IMG/VR virus record: IMGVR_UViG_3300042340_000194
Coordinates: 11,602-75,601 of that record
Reading direction: 5' to 3' (one strand)
Origin: a virus
Length of the DNA stretch: 64,000 nucleotides
In this document: one piece after another, positions 48,184 to 57,223 of the stretch
Layout of the letters: each line of letters starts with the position of its first letter
Numbering within the stretch: position 1 is the stretch's first letter
Notes under the pieces: model-generated
Database searches by the model: none
What the model was told of the DNA's origin: nothing
The model's input: only the letters and a program-made list of their open reading frames with translations
Made by a program: the position numbers and the translations under genes

Positions 48184-48506
48184 TGGGCGGGCTCGGGGGA
48201 TGGTTTTAATGCTGTAAATACTGGTAACTTCAAGTCCTCAACATTGCCGTTAGCTTTTATCTCTTCTTTAAGATAAGAGAGGAAGAAGCGCTCAGGGTTG
48301 CATTCGGCTGAGCTAGCGCATAAATGCCAGCGTATAAACAGGATCTGATAGATTACATGGTTCCTGCATTGGTCTAAAGTCCATCCTTGACGGATTTTGG
48401 ACATTAGATCATTAGTGGCATCACTATTGACAAGATGCCATTCAACACTCTCTACAGCGTTGCTGATCTCTTGCCGAACCTTCTCATCCGCTATTTGATG
48501 ACTCAT
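48180..48506 (-). CDS. hypothetical protein
   Basis: ORF in array. Confidence 0.55.
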   Translation of the reverse strand: MSHQIADEKVRQEISNAVESVEWHLVNSDATNDLMSKIRQGWTLDQCRNHVIYQILFIRWHLCASSAECNPERFFLSYLKEEIKANGNVEDLKLPVFTALKPSPEPAQ

Positions 48507-48509
48507 GGC

Positions 48510-48920
48510 TCAACCCTGCGAAGTAGCTTTGCTGCTAACAGCCAGCGCAGCGTAGATTGTCGGAGTATTCTTTGCTGTCTTATTAAGCTGCTCCAGCTTC
48601 TGCTCTTGCTCAATCTTAAGCATTTTCGCCTGCAGCGCTACGCTGTATTCCCACTTATTCCTACTCTTGATCTGCACTTGAAACTCCCCAACATCAATCC
48701 GGCTGATGTTATTCTTAACAGCGTGCGCTTTTAGCGCTGCGACATGACCGTCTAGCTGCGCTTTCAGCCGGTCCATCTCTAACTTGATGGCGAACGCCTT
48801 GGCCACCCTGCCGCCAATCTCCCCAGTAGGAGAGTAAGTCTTTGGCTGAGGGGGTACTTTGATCTGCGAACGGGGCTTTGTGGCAGTTGTGGAAGTGGCT
48901 GGAGCAGTGGAGGTAGGCAT
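48510..48920 (-). CDS. basic hypothetical protein
   Basis: 136 aa; preceded by leader hairpin. Confidence 0.6.
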   Translation of the reverse strand: MPTSTAPATSTTATKPRSQIKVPPQPKTYSPTGEIGGRVAKAFAIKLEMDRLKAQLDGHVAALKAHAVKNNISRIDVGEFQVQIKSRNKWEYSVALQAKMLKIEQEQKLEQLNKTAKNTPTIYAALAVSSKATSQG

Positions 48921-49019
48921 GGATGGTACGGCAGAAGCCGGGGTGAGTGGGACCAGGGCGCAGAGGGCGCCAGGAAGCCCCCTGCCGGGGGAGACAGGAG
49001 GCTTCGGGGCGTCGTCTGA

Positions 49020-49259
49020 TTAGTATAGAACCGTTTGTGTAAGAGTAAACCAGACTTGTTCGTCATTGATGCGTCCTCCACCCTTTTGGAGGTGTAGGAG
49101 GAACTTGAGCAGATCTGTGACGTTACTGTAATCGACTTCGTCTTTAGTAAAGTCGAGTAGCTGCTCTACTGTAGGTAGTTGTTTGAAGGGGGCTACGAAG
49201 TAGTGTCCGTGTTGGTTGTGGTCATTGTGGGATCGGGTTAGGATCCAGACTTTACCCAT
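49020..49259 (-). CDS. hypothetical protein
   Basis: ORF in array. Confidence 0.55.
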   Translation of the reverse strand: MGKVWILTRSHNDHNQHGHYFVAPFKQLPTVEQLLDFTKDEVDYSNVTDLLKFLLHLQKGGGRINDEQVWFTLTQTVLY

Positions 49260-49277
49260 GATGGTTAGTGGAAGAGG

Positions 49278-49532
49278 TTACTCTTGTAGAGGTGTGATGA
49301 ACCTTATCTTATCAACATGGACGGCTTCTACCTTACCGTCTACATATTCAACGATGGCCACGGGTTGTAACCCCGGCCCATTTTCGTATTCCTCGTGGTC
49401 GGTAGAGAAGCAGTGGAACTCTGCTCGTTTGTCAAACGGGGCGCTCCAGGCACCATTTACCCATAACTTACAAGTTACGATGCAGGTACGGGTGGTCTTC
49501 TGTTTGCGTAAAAAGCGGGAGAGGAAGGACAT
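49278..49532 (-). CDS. hypothetical protein
   Basis: AIVEYVDGKVEAV..IRF motif. Confidence 0.55.
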   Translation of the reverse strand: MSFLSRFLRKQKTTRTCIVTCKLWVNGAWSAPFDKRAEFHCFSTDHEEYENGPGLQPVAIVEYVDGKVEAVHVDKIRFITPLQE

Positions 49533-49631
49533 GGGGAGAACGGTTAGGATGGGTGGCATGGAATACCGCAGATGCGGCGAAAGCTAGGCCCATAGCCACG
49601 CCGAAGGCGTATTGGGAGAGATGGGCTAGTT

Positions 49632-49895
49632 TCATGGAGTTTCCGCTAGCCCTGCTTGCTCGACCACCCAGTCTTTTAGATCCAGAGTGGTTGACCCCTC
49701 ATTAGTAGCTGCTCCCCAGGCGGAACAAATCCATCTGTGTTCCTGTGCTGGTATGTAATTAGCAAGAGCTTTTTCATTAGCAAGCGGATCTCTGCTCATG
49801 GCATCTACGGCGATCTTCATGATAGGCCGTAGCCTATTTAGAACCAATCGCTTAGCTACTTGCTCTTCAGAAAGTGGTGGGGTTGACATGTTCAT
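49632..49895 (-). CDS. hypothetical protein
   Basis: Likely start MNMSTPP. Confidence 0.5.
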   Translation of the reverse strand: MNMSTPPLSEEQVAKRLVLNRLRPIMKIAVDAMSRDPLANEKALANYIPAQEHRWICSAWGAATNEGSTTLDLKDWVVEQAGLAETP

Positions 49896-50027
49896 CGGAA
49901 TCAGGATTGGGGTAGTAGGAAAGAAAATCGTCAAGCCAGTCCCCCGGAGGGGACTCGTTATCATCCCCCTCCGGGGGGTCGGGTGGGTCCATGGGAGGAT
50001 CCATGGACCGGACAGAGCGGGGATACA

Positions 50028-50726
50028 TCAGAGATCCCCGGAGTTATCGCCACGGGCGATAGCCGCTGCTTTTTTGCGACCAGCCCCGTGGGCCCAGAAC
50101 GCGACAATAACTGTGCGAGCTGGACGAGCACAGATAGGGCCCTGCTTTCCTCCGCAGTTAGAGCAGGTAATATACTCTGCTGTGTTAGCGGGACATTGGA
50201 TGACGGGGATCCCGTCGATCTTGAAGTGGGTGGGGGATTCAGGAGGAACCACTAGGACAGTTGGGAGGCCCTGCCGGAAGGAGGAGGCGGCGTCCTCGGG
50301 GGTCTCCGTGGAGATGTTTATGCAGAATCCCCGGCTGATTGCTTCTCGAATTACGAGGAGATTGGCGGGAGATAGGACGTGATGCGTGTATGTCCAGGCT
50401 TTGAGATGGGCAGCGGCAGCGGCCAGGCCAAGGACAAGCCGGGGGATGAGCTGGCCGGTATTGTGCCAGAGATCGCCAGCCACATTGTGGCGGAAATAGG
50501 CGCCGGGGCGTAACTCCCGGAGCTTGGCGAATAGGGATTCTGGGGAGATCCCGGTAGTGGGGACTTTTGACCAGTGGAACAGGACCATGCCGTAGGAGGC
50601 ATAGCAGCCGTGGCCCTTGAGCGGGCAGGTTGTGGGACAGGAGGACTCTTCGGTTAGAGTCAAAGAGATCGGCCCGGTTTTGGCATTGCCGGAGCGGGCG
50701 ATGAAGTGGGACAGAGGTGCAGTCAT
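50028..50726 (-). CDS. Cys-rich gp88-like / Fe-S-cluster candidate enzyme
   Basis: NAKTGPI..CPTTCPL..GCYA..FRHNVAGDL..WTYTH..CPA..CSNC. Confidence 0.55.
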   Translation of the reverse strand: MTAPLSHFIARSGNAKTGPISLTLTEESSCPTTCPLKGHGCYASYGMVLFHWSKVPTTGISPESLFAKLRELRPGAYFRHNVAGDLWHNTGQLIPRLVLGLAAAAAHLKAWTYTHHVLSPANLLVIREAISRGFCINISTETPEDAASSFRQGLPTVLVVPPESPTHFKIDGIPVIQCPANTAEYITCSNCGGKQGPICARPARTVIVAFWAHGAGRKKAAAIARGDNSGDL

Positions 50727-51106
50727 GGGGATGAACGAGTGTCGGTCATAGTCCAGCAGAAGCCGTCCCAGTAATGCCAAGTGATTAGCTCAGCATCGCG
50801 GAGGAAGGCTTTTACTTGACTAAAGGTCCTGAAGTGTAGACACATCTCACTACGACAGTAGTGGTAAGATGGCCCTTCGGTAGAGGATTCTATATCCTCT
50901 CCCTTACTGTTATATCGACCTGTTAGTCTTTTGATTTTGTCGTTGATGCCTGACATGCCTCCAGGCGATACCAACATGGCGGCTAAGGGGCCGCTATTGT
51001 AGGATTCGACTAGGGTTTTTTGGAGAGATTCGCCGTAAGACCCGTGGCAGCGGGACACGAGGAATAGCTCGTCAGCTACTTTAGCGACGAGGTAAGAGCG
51101 GTTCAT
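50723..51106 (-). CDS. hypothetical protein
   Basis: ORF in array. Confidence 0.55.
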   Translation of the reverse strand: MNRSYLVAKVADELFLVSRCHGSYGESLQKTLVESYNSGPLAAMLVSPGGMSGINDKIKRLTGRYNSKGEDIESSTEGPSYHYCRSEMCLHFRTFSQVKAFLRDAELITWHYWDGFCWTMTDTRSSP

Positions 51107-51129
51107 GGGAAGATTGTGGGTAGAGGGAT

Positions 51130-51435
51130 TTAACGTTTACCAAGTCGTATACATCGCTCCTCCCAACTAACAATATCTCCAGATGGCACCATGCGGTGAG
51201 TGCCGTCACCTAACGGATCCGCCCCGTAGTCGGGATCACCCGGTTCCCAGGGTAGGATTGACTTTGGCGGTTCGTAGTGTATCCCGGCTGATTCGTACAT
51301 CAGACGCTTTTGGCCTTCACCAGTGGTGTAGTCATAGCCGTAGTTGGGTTTAGGCATGAATATGGCGGCAGGAAGGGCCCCGCGTATATACTCCCCGGTC
51401 CATACCGAGGTTTGGTCGGTTTTGGATTTAGACAT
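51130..51435 (-). CDS. hypothetical protein
   Basis: ORF in array. Confidence 0.55.
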   Translation of the reverse strand: MSKSKTDQTSVWTGEYIRGALPAAIFMPKPNYGYDYTTGEGQKRLMYESAGIHYEPPKSILPWEPGDPDYGADPLGDGTHRMVPSGDIVSWEERCIRLGKR

Positions 51436-51638
51436 GGTTTAAGCCTCTGGGTTTGGAGTAAGTCCTAGAACCTTAATAATGGCCCCAGTGGTGTGGTAAG
51501 GATAGCGGACACAGGTGTGGCCGCAGAACTGCCAAGACGAGAAAGTCTGTGAGAACCAGAGATCTGCTGGGTTGATTCCTACAGAGGTAAGCTGTTCCGC
51601 AGTTACGGGAGGAATTGAAGGGTTGCTGAAGTGTGTTT

Positions 51639-52283
51639 TCATGAAAAAGGTTCCTCTTTCAGCCAACAGTCGTATCTACTAAAGTCCACACACAAGTAAG
51701 CGGTCTGCCCTTCATCAGCGCAGTTAAGAAACTCATCAGCTACTGAAGCTATTTTGTCAAACAGGCGTGTAGAGATTGTGTAATTGTCCAATTTTTTGAA
51801 TCTTCTTATATAAGCCTGGTAGCCTTTACACACCCAAGCCACAGATGAGCCTATGTCGATCGTTATGGTTCCTTCAACTTCATGTTCAGCTTGTTTTATT
51901 CCCTGTTCTATACCTTTTCGCATTAGCTCAACAATCTTCTTATCTTGTATGTAGCTATTACACGGCAAGCTACAGAAAGCGTTTCCATTGTAGTAACAAC
52001 TTTCAGCCATACGGGATACGTCCATCGCAATATCATCTAGATCCAGCATTCTATACCCCCCAGGACTACTCCAACCACACTCTAGCCTTCCAGCTACAAT
52101 CCCTCCTATAGCCATTAGCTCATCAACTACTGGATTAGGGTGAGGAGTCACGGGGTGTTCAAGTATGTCATGGGCTATACCTAATCCCCGCAAGGGGTCG
52201 AAGTAGGGTCTACCTACGTCTACGACGAGCCCAAGCCCACCATACTCTTCGTGCTCTTTGACTGTGATCTTGTAGGTTTTCAT
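51639..52283 (-). CDS. hypothetical protein with AHDILEH metal-binding-like motif
   Basis: Likely start MKTYKIT. Confidence 0.55.
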   Translation of the reverse strand: MKTYKITVKEHEEYGGLGLVVDVGRPYFDPLRGLGIAHDILEHPVTPHPNPVVDELMAIGGIVAGRLECGWSSPGGYRMLDLDDIAMDVSRMAESCYYNGNAFCSLPCNSYIQDKKIVELMRKGIEQGIKQAEHEVEGTITIDIGSSVAWVCKGYQAYIRRFKKLDNYTISTRLFDKIASVADEFLNCADEGQTAYLCVDFSRYDCWLKEEPFS

Positions 52284-52491
52284 GAGAAAAGGGTTACCTC
52301 TGCAAGATGAGAGAATCTTCCCCAAATCGAGTGCATGTGCTCATCTGAGATTAGACGAGAGTGGAGCATTCGACCTGTTTGGTCGGAAGCTTCTACTTTC
52401 CACCAGCCTTGATGGAAAGTAGATCTGACAAAGTGCATCCAGATTCTGTTCTCTGGAGCGAAGACGTTGAACGAGTAAACACAGGAGAGCA

Positions 52492-52881
52492 TCATTCGTA
52501 CCCCGCGATGTAGACTTTGCCGTCGTCGCCGACGTAGACATCTAACTGGCGATACTGGCTAGCTAGAGCAGCTAGCCGTTTAGCTAATTCGGCCTCCAAA
52601 GTATCGCCCCAGAAGTCGTCTGTGAAGGAGCTGCCGTGATGGTTGCGCACACAGAAGAATAAGTGTGGGATCCTACCTTCGCAGGTCTCGAAATAATCCT
52701 CTAGGGAGTTGGCTCCTAGACCTATATCTAGGAGGATTTGATCAGCCTTTTCACGGAAGTCTCGGTATTCCGAGATGACAGCTTCAGTTATTGAGGGTGG
52801 GAAGTCATTGAATGTTTTACCGCTGAAGTCTTCTAGTTCTGAAGATTCCAGCTCCAACAGGTGACCCAGAAGGTTTTTCAT
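52492..52881 (-). CDS. acidic hypothetical protein
   Basis: RNHHGSSF..YVGDDGKVY. Confidence 0.6.
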   Translation of the reverse strand: MKNLLGHLLELESSELEDFSGKTFNDFPPSITEAVISEYRDFREKADQILLDIGLGANSLEDYFETCEGRIPHLFFCVRNHHGSSFTDDFWGDTLEAELAKRLAALASQYRQLDVYVGDDGKVYIAGYE

Positions 52882-53159
52882 GGGTAGAAAGTGGCGTAGG
52901 AACAGATTGGGGCAGTACGTTCGTAGTATGTGACTTTTATATCAAGGTCTACACCTCTTGCCTCACAAGCTTTTTTGAACAGCCCTGCATCACTATCCTC
53001 TTCGAGATATATAGTGGCACCCCTCTGATAAGAGCATCGCGATATTCTGTTGTAGTCCTCGCCCATGATCATCTTTGCCACGTCACGATTGACATGGAGC
53101 CAGCCGTGGCTGGGGTCAGATGTAAAGCGGAGTGTGACAGGTTTGGTAGGCTTAGTCAT
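52878..53159 (-). CDS. conserved early-region phage protein
   Basis: SDPSHGWL..ISRCSY..YLEEDSDA. Confidence 0.65.
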   Translation of the reverse strand: MTKPTKPVTLRFTSDPSHGWLHVNRDVAKMIMGEDYNRISRCSYQRGATIYLEEDSDAGLFKKACEARGVDLDIKVTYYERTAPICSYATFYP

Positions 53160-53362
53160 CTTGAAAGCCTCCGGCGATATTCATCACCATAAGTGAATGC
53201 CTGATCAGCGTAGAATCCTTCTTTGATGGGGTTCCAGCCACGCATGGCAGATTCTGCCTGACGGCAGTCTTTGACAACATGGCGCAAAGCACCAAGATCG
53301 AGAGTTTCTGCATGACTTCGCCATTTGGCGAAGTCTTCTGCTGTCGCGTGTTCTGCGATCAT
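53156..53362 (-). CDS. hypothetical protein
   Basis: Overlapping junctions. Confidence 0.55.
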   Translation of the reverse strand: MIAEHATAEDFAKWRSHAETLDLGALRHVVKDCRQAESAMRGWNPIKEGFYADQAFTYGDEYRRRLSR

Positions 53363-53670
53363 GGTAGCCTCTCAAAGACAATGACACCATGGCCATCAGT
53401 TATTCGTATATCCGCCAACTTGTGAATAGTTTTAGCGGAGTATTCCTTCAGGGCCTCTAGCGCCACTGCTACATGGTTCTCACACTCAGTGAGAGTGTAG
53501 TCTCGCTGTTCTCGATAAACAGCGAGCCCCGTGCGGGCTATGAAAACAGTATTACCGTTAGTGTCCCGGCGTCGTTCGGTTAGAACAACATCAAGAACAG
53601 GGCGTGGCGTAGTTGTACGCCAAAGATCCATCGCGGCCTTAGCCGGATGGATAACGGTTGTAACTGACAT
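53359..53670 (-). CDS. hypothetical protein
   Basis: Preceded by leader hairpin. Confidence 0.55.
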   Translation of the reverse strand: MSVTTVIHPAKAAMDLWRTTTPRPVLDVVLTERRRDTNGNTVFIARTGLAVYREQRDYTLTECENHVAVALEALKEYSAKTIHKLADIRITDGHGVIVFERLP

Positions 53671-53788
53671 AGGAAGTCAGACGGCTAAAGAGCCGGGGTA
53701 GAGGAAAGAGGGACAATCCCTCATCAAAAGTACCCCTAGACGCAGTGCGCTTAGGGGGAACTCTTGAGGAGAGTATGCCAACCTAGCG

Positions 53789-54364
53789 CTAGCTTGCTAG
53801 GCTGGCCTCTAAATCCTTAATCTGGATGATCTGGTATTCGTCGGAAAAGTCTTGAGCAGCGGCAGCGGCAGCGGCAGCGGCGAGTTCTCTCGTGAAGAAC
53901 ACATTAGAACCTTGATAATTAGGGTCTATTCCTCTTATGCCTTGCTTTACCTGCTCAGGATGGGTCCAATTATCGGACGCTCTAAAAATAATTGTAAACA
54001 TTTTACCCATCGCTTCATCCTCTCTTGGAGTCGTCAGCCAGATGCCTAGGCCGTCTTTCCTAAACCTTTGCAGCCTGTTGGTGCAAGCCTTTACGCAATT
54101 CATAAAAGTTCTATACGTCTCCATTTCCCTTTGATACACGCTTATAGCGTATGTGTTTATACGCCTCTTGTGTACTTTTGGGTGGGGTACACTACTGACT
54201 AGCGTTCTAATTAAACTATCTGGATCGGCGTTTTCTTCAACGCATACCTGCAACAACGGTGGTGCTTGTTGGTGCAGCATGGCCGCTTTCCATGCGGCAG
54301 CCGCATGTGCGATGTTTTCGGAGACGCATAAGCGCCTCATTTGACTTTGAGTGAGTTTAGTCAT
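53789..54364 (-). CDS. first early-region protein, hypothetical
   Basis: 191 aa; preceded by leader hairpin. Confidence 0.6.
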   Translation of the reverse strand: MTKLTQSQMRRLCVSENIAHAAAAWKAAMLHQQAPPLLQVCVEENADPDSLIRTLVSSVPHPKVHKRRINTYAISVYQREMETYRTFMNCVKACTNRLQRFRKDGLGIWLTTPREDEAMGKMFTIIFRASDNWTHPEQVKQGIRGIDPNYQGSNVFFTRELAAAAAAAAAQDFSDEYQIIQIKDLEASLAS

Positions 54365-54429
54365 GGTAAGGCAGACGGCTAGAAAGCCGGGGTGAATGGC
54401 ATCCTAAGATGGTGCTCCCGTAGGAGCGA

Positions 54430-54528
54430 TACAACATAGGGGGATTTGAACCCCCATACGAAAAGCCCATCCTGTGAGAACAGGATGGGCGAATCGCGCC
54501 TTGCCTAGCTTGCGCTAGGTATGTTGTA
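54430..54528 (-). ncRNA. tRNA-like structured element (non-canonical)
   Basis: TACAACATA/TATGTTGTA closing stem; GGGGG-TTCAAAT-CCCCC T-arm; CCTAGC-GCAA-GCTAGG hairpin; 11 bp GCCCATCCTGT/ACAGGATGGGC hairpin. Confidence 0.6.
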
Positions 54529-55074
54529 GAAAAGTTGTTTTATGTTAATTGGCCCAGGACTACATAAAAGAGACCTGCTTACAGCCGTCGCATAACCCTG
54601 ACGGTAGGGAACCCTTGCGGGATTGGGGCCCTGTAAGAGCACCCCTTATCTAAGCAGCAGGAGGCCCAACCCCCCTGAGAAGTATGTGTAGGGCCTGACA
54701 ACCCCCGGTAACATACCGCATAACCTGCTTGCACTGTGAGCCCGATCTCTCTGCACGAGGATCCTGCTTGCTCACGATGGGATCTGGCTCTCACCGGCCT
54801 CCCCATCTAACGCACACTACTGCCCCCTCCGGTACTCCGGTGCTACTTGAAACCTCACCCCTGTTAGCCGACATGAAAGTCGGTAGGGATTATTGGCCCG
54901 TTCGCCGCGCTTGCTTAGGTCGATACCTAGCCGCCGGGATTTGAATGTGCGCCACTACAGCCCATCAAAGGTCCGTAGCTCACAGCTATAACTCCTGTAT
55001 TCACAGGCGAGCCGCGCTATACTGGCTGCGCTTTGGAAGGGGGATTACATAGGGTCGTCTGCGGTTGTGGAATT

Positions 55075-55103
55075 AACTTAGTCGGTTTTGGGCTGTTTGT
55101 CAA
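55075..55103 (-). promoter_or_regulatory. early sigma-70 promoter P3
   Basis: TTGACA-17 nt-TAAGTT. Confidence 0.75.
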
Positions 55104-55187
55104 CCCTTGGCGCAACCCCCAAGGGGATCACTAGCAAGAAAGAAAGAACGAACCACGACGGGTGCCGGTTCTTCCTTGCTTGGATCC

Positions 55188-55217
55188 AACATAACCCCTA
55201 GGTCGGCAGGTTGTCAA
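55188..55217 (-). promoter_or_regulatory. early sigma-70 promoter P2
   Basis: TTGACA-18 nt-TATGTT. Confidence 0.6.
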
Positions 55218-55288
55218 GCAGATCGGCCTAGGGCCCCGCAACATGGGCGCAGTAAGATGAAACGTGCGCGTGCGCGGGAACCATCGTC

Positions 55289-55317
55289 AGTCTAGCACCA
55301 ATCGGCCCCAGTGTCAA
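55289..55317 (-). promoter_or_regulatory. early sigma-70 promoter P1
   Basis: TTGACA-17 nt-TAGACT. Confidence 0.75.
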
Positions 55318-55417
55318 CCCCTTGGAGTCTCGCTGAGTCTCAGAGTGAGATTGACATGTATGCTATATCACACATACATGCTATATAAAAATGTATATAT
55401 ATGTATTGTGTAAGAAG

Positions 55418-56314
55418 TTACTCTTTCTCCGCTAGTTCATTCATCTTAGCGAGCAGTTTAGACTTTCCCGACTTGAGTAACTGTGCGATTCTAGACTTAC
55501 TTAAGTATATATCATCTGCAACTTCCTGCAAAGACTTACCATGGATTACCACCTGTTCTATCACATAGTGTTCTCTGGAAGGTAAGCTTCGCAGCGCGGC
55601 CATGACCTGGCGATGCTCGCTGGAGGGTAGGGCTAGCTGGGGGAAAAGGGAGGGAGAGGGGTCGTCCTCGGGGGGAGTGTCCGCCACCAGTAACTCGATG
55701 AGTTCGCTGCCACCTTCTACTGCTGGGCAAGAGAGGCTTCTGACTGTGGTGGTTGAGTAATCCTCCATGATTAGTTTAAGTCTCTCTACTGTCACCTTTG
55801 CGAACAGTGCTAAGTATTCAATAGAAGGTTTTACTCCAGTAGTTGCTTCTACTCGCATGCTTTCGCGCTGCACTTTACACAGTATTTCGTGGTAGTTTAG
55901 CGGTACGCGCACGGCACGTCCTTGATTGTGGAGTGCTCGCGTGATAGATTGTTTAATCCAGTTATAGCAGTAAGTCGATAGTCTGTAACCTCTAGATGGG
56001 TCGTATTTTTCTAACCCTCTTATTAAGCCCATGTTGCCTTCTTGTATAAGATCTGGAAATTCCAATCCTCGGCCCCGATATATTTTTGCAATGGTGATCA
56101 CCATGCGTAAGTTTGATTCGACCATTATCTTCATAGAATGTTGCCCGCGCCGCTTTATTTTTGATATATATGATTCTGGTAAATCGCTGTTATCGGCTTT
56201 AGCCGCCTGCCATAGTGCGATATTACGGCAATGGCGTATTTGAACTTCTTCACTTAAGACTATGTGTCTACCCACATCTTGCATATAGCCTTGAAGTTCG
56301 GAGTTATTAGCCAT
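55418..56314 (-). CDS. RpoD/SigA-family RNA polymerase sigma factor
   Basis: SNLRMVITIAK, DLIQEGNMGLIRGLEKYDPSRGYRLSTY, region 4 HTH. Confidence 0.95.
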   Translation of the reverse strand: MANNSELQGYMQDVGRHIVLSEEVQIRHCRNIALWQAAKADNSDLPESYISKIKRRGQHSMKIMVESNLRMVITIAKIYRGRGLEFPDLIQEGNMGLIRGLEKYDPSRGYRLSTYCYNWIKQSITRALHNQGRAVRVPLNYHEILCKVQRESMRVEATTGVKPSIEYLALFAKVTVERLKLIMEDYSTTTVRSLSCPAVEGGSELIELLVADTPPEDDPSPSLFPQLALPSSEHRQVMAALRSLPSREHYVIEQVVIHGKSLQEVADDIYLSKSRIAQLLKSGKSKLLAKMNELAEKE

Positions 56315-56613
56315 TATGGTCGCTCTAGTTGATCGGGTTCAGAATAGAACTCATGATATACGACCACTTCCCCAGAGGTATCCTCAGGTTCTGAGCATAT
56401 TGTGTCAATCTGCGCGTGTATTAAAACACCAGGATGGAAATCTGCGACTCTAAGCTCTTCAGCTACCCACCATCCGCAGGTAATAGCCGAGCTTCCATCT
56501 TCATATCCATTTTTCTCGTAATCCATGACCGTCATCACCGGCCCACCGGCAAATCGGACACGATGTCCCCGTAAGAAGCCGGCAGGGTCTGGTTGCCAGA
56601 TACTAACGGTCAT
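56314..56613 (-). CDS. YodC/DUF2158-like small protein
   Basis: GHRVRFAGGPVMTV..CGWW. Confidence 0.6.
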   Translation of the reverse strand: MTVSIWQPDPAGFLRGHRVRFAGGPVMTVMDYEKNGYEDGSSAITCGWWVAEELRVADFHPGVLIHAQIDTICSEPEDTSGEVVVYHEFYSEPDQLERP

Positions 56614-57223
56614 ATTTTAGAACTGCAGAAGAGTCTGTGAGTTTAACATCGTAGCGGCAGTTGTGCAAAAACCTTTGTAGGTTATTTACCCATACATCCA
56701 TGTCCACCTCTGGCCCGTTATTGTCGCATTTAAGATCTGCGCAACTTGGAGTTAGCTCCATGGAGCTTTTACTTTCTGGTGGCAGGCGCTTAATAGCATC
56801 AACCCAGATAACATGATCAAATAACCTAGCGTTCCTACAGGCCACCAATTCGTCTAACCGTCGCATACCTACATACATATCAAAACCACGATCAAACATG
56901 GTTTTTACCGTTCGTGTTTTGTCGGGAGTATTATAGGCAGAGATCAAGTTTGCCCATGTTTCGCGATTATTAACTCTATCCGCAAACATGTCATCAAAAT
57001 TAGAGTAACGTCTTCGAAACCATTTATGCCAAACACGTCTTCGGCCCCATTGATGCCAAATACATTCCTGCCCGACAAAAACTGAAGAGGACATAAACGC
57101 GAGGCCCATTTTGTCTCTTATTTTCTCAGCAAGGGTGTCTTTGCCATGACGAGCATGACCGATGATCAGCAACTTAGGCTCTCTGTATTCGATGTTCACA
57201 GGGGAAAGAGTAGGCATTGTCAT
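56603..57223 (-). CDS. P-loop deoxynucleotide monophosphate kinase-like protein
   Basis: LLIIGHARHGKDT; YVGMR. Confidence 0.7.
   Translation of the reverse strand: MTMPTLSPVNIEYREPKLLIIGHARHGKDTLAEKIRDKMGLAFMSSSVFVGQECIWHQWGRRRVWHKWFRRRYSNFDDMFADRVNNRETWANLISAYNTPDKTRTVKTMFDRGFDMYVGMRRLDELVACRNARLFDHVIWVDAIKRLPPESKSSMELTPSCADLKCDNNGPEVDMDVWVNNLQRFLHNCRYDVKLTDSSAVLKYDR

Noticed and set aside
54430-54528. Canonical tRNA or tRNA-Sec gene
   Set aside because: No D-loop GG, no 7 nt anticodon loop and no CCA; kept only as a tRNA-like element.
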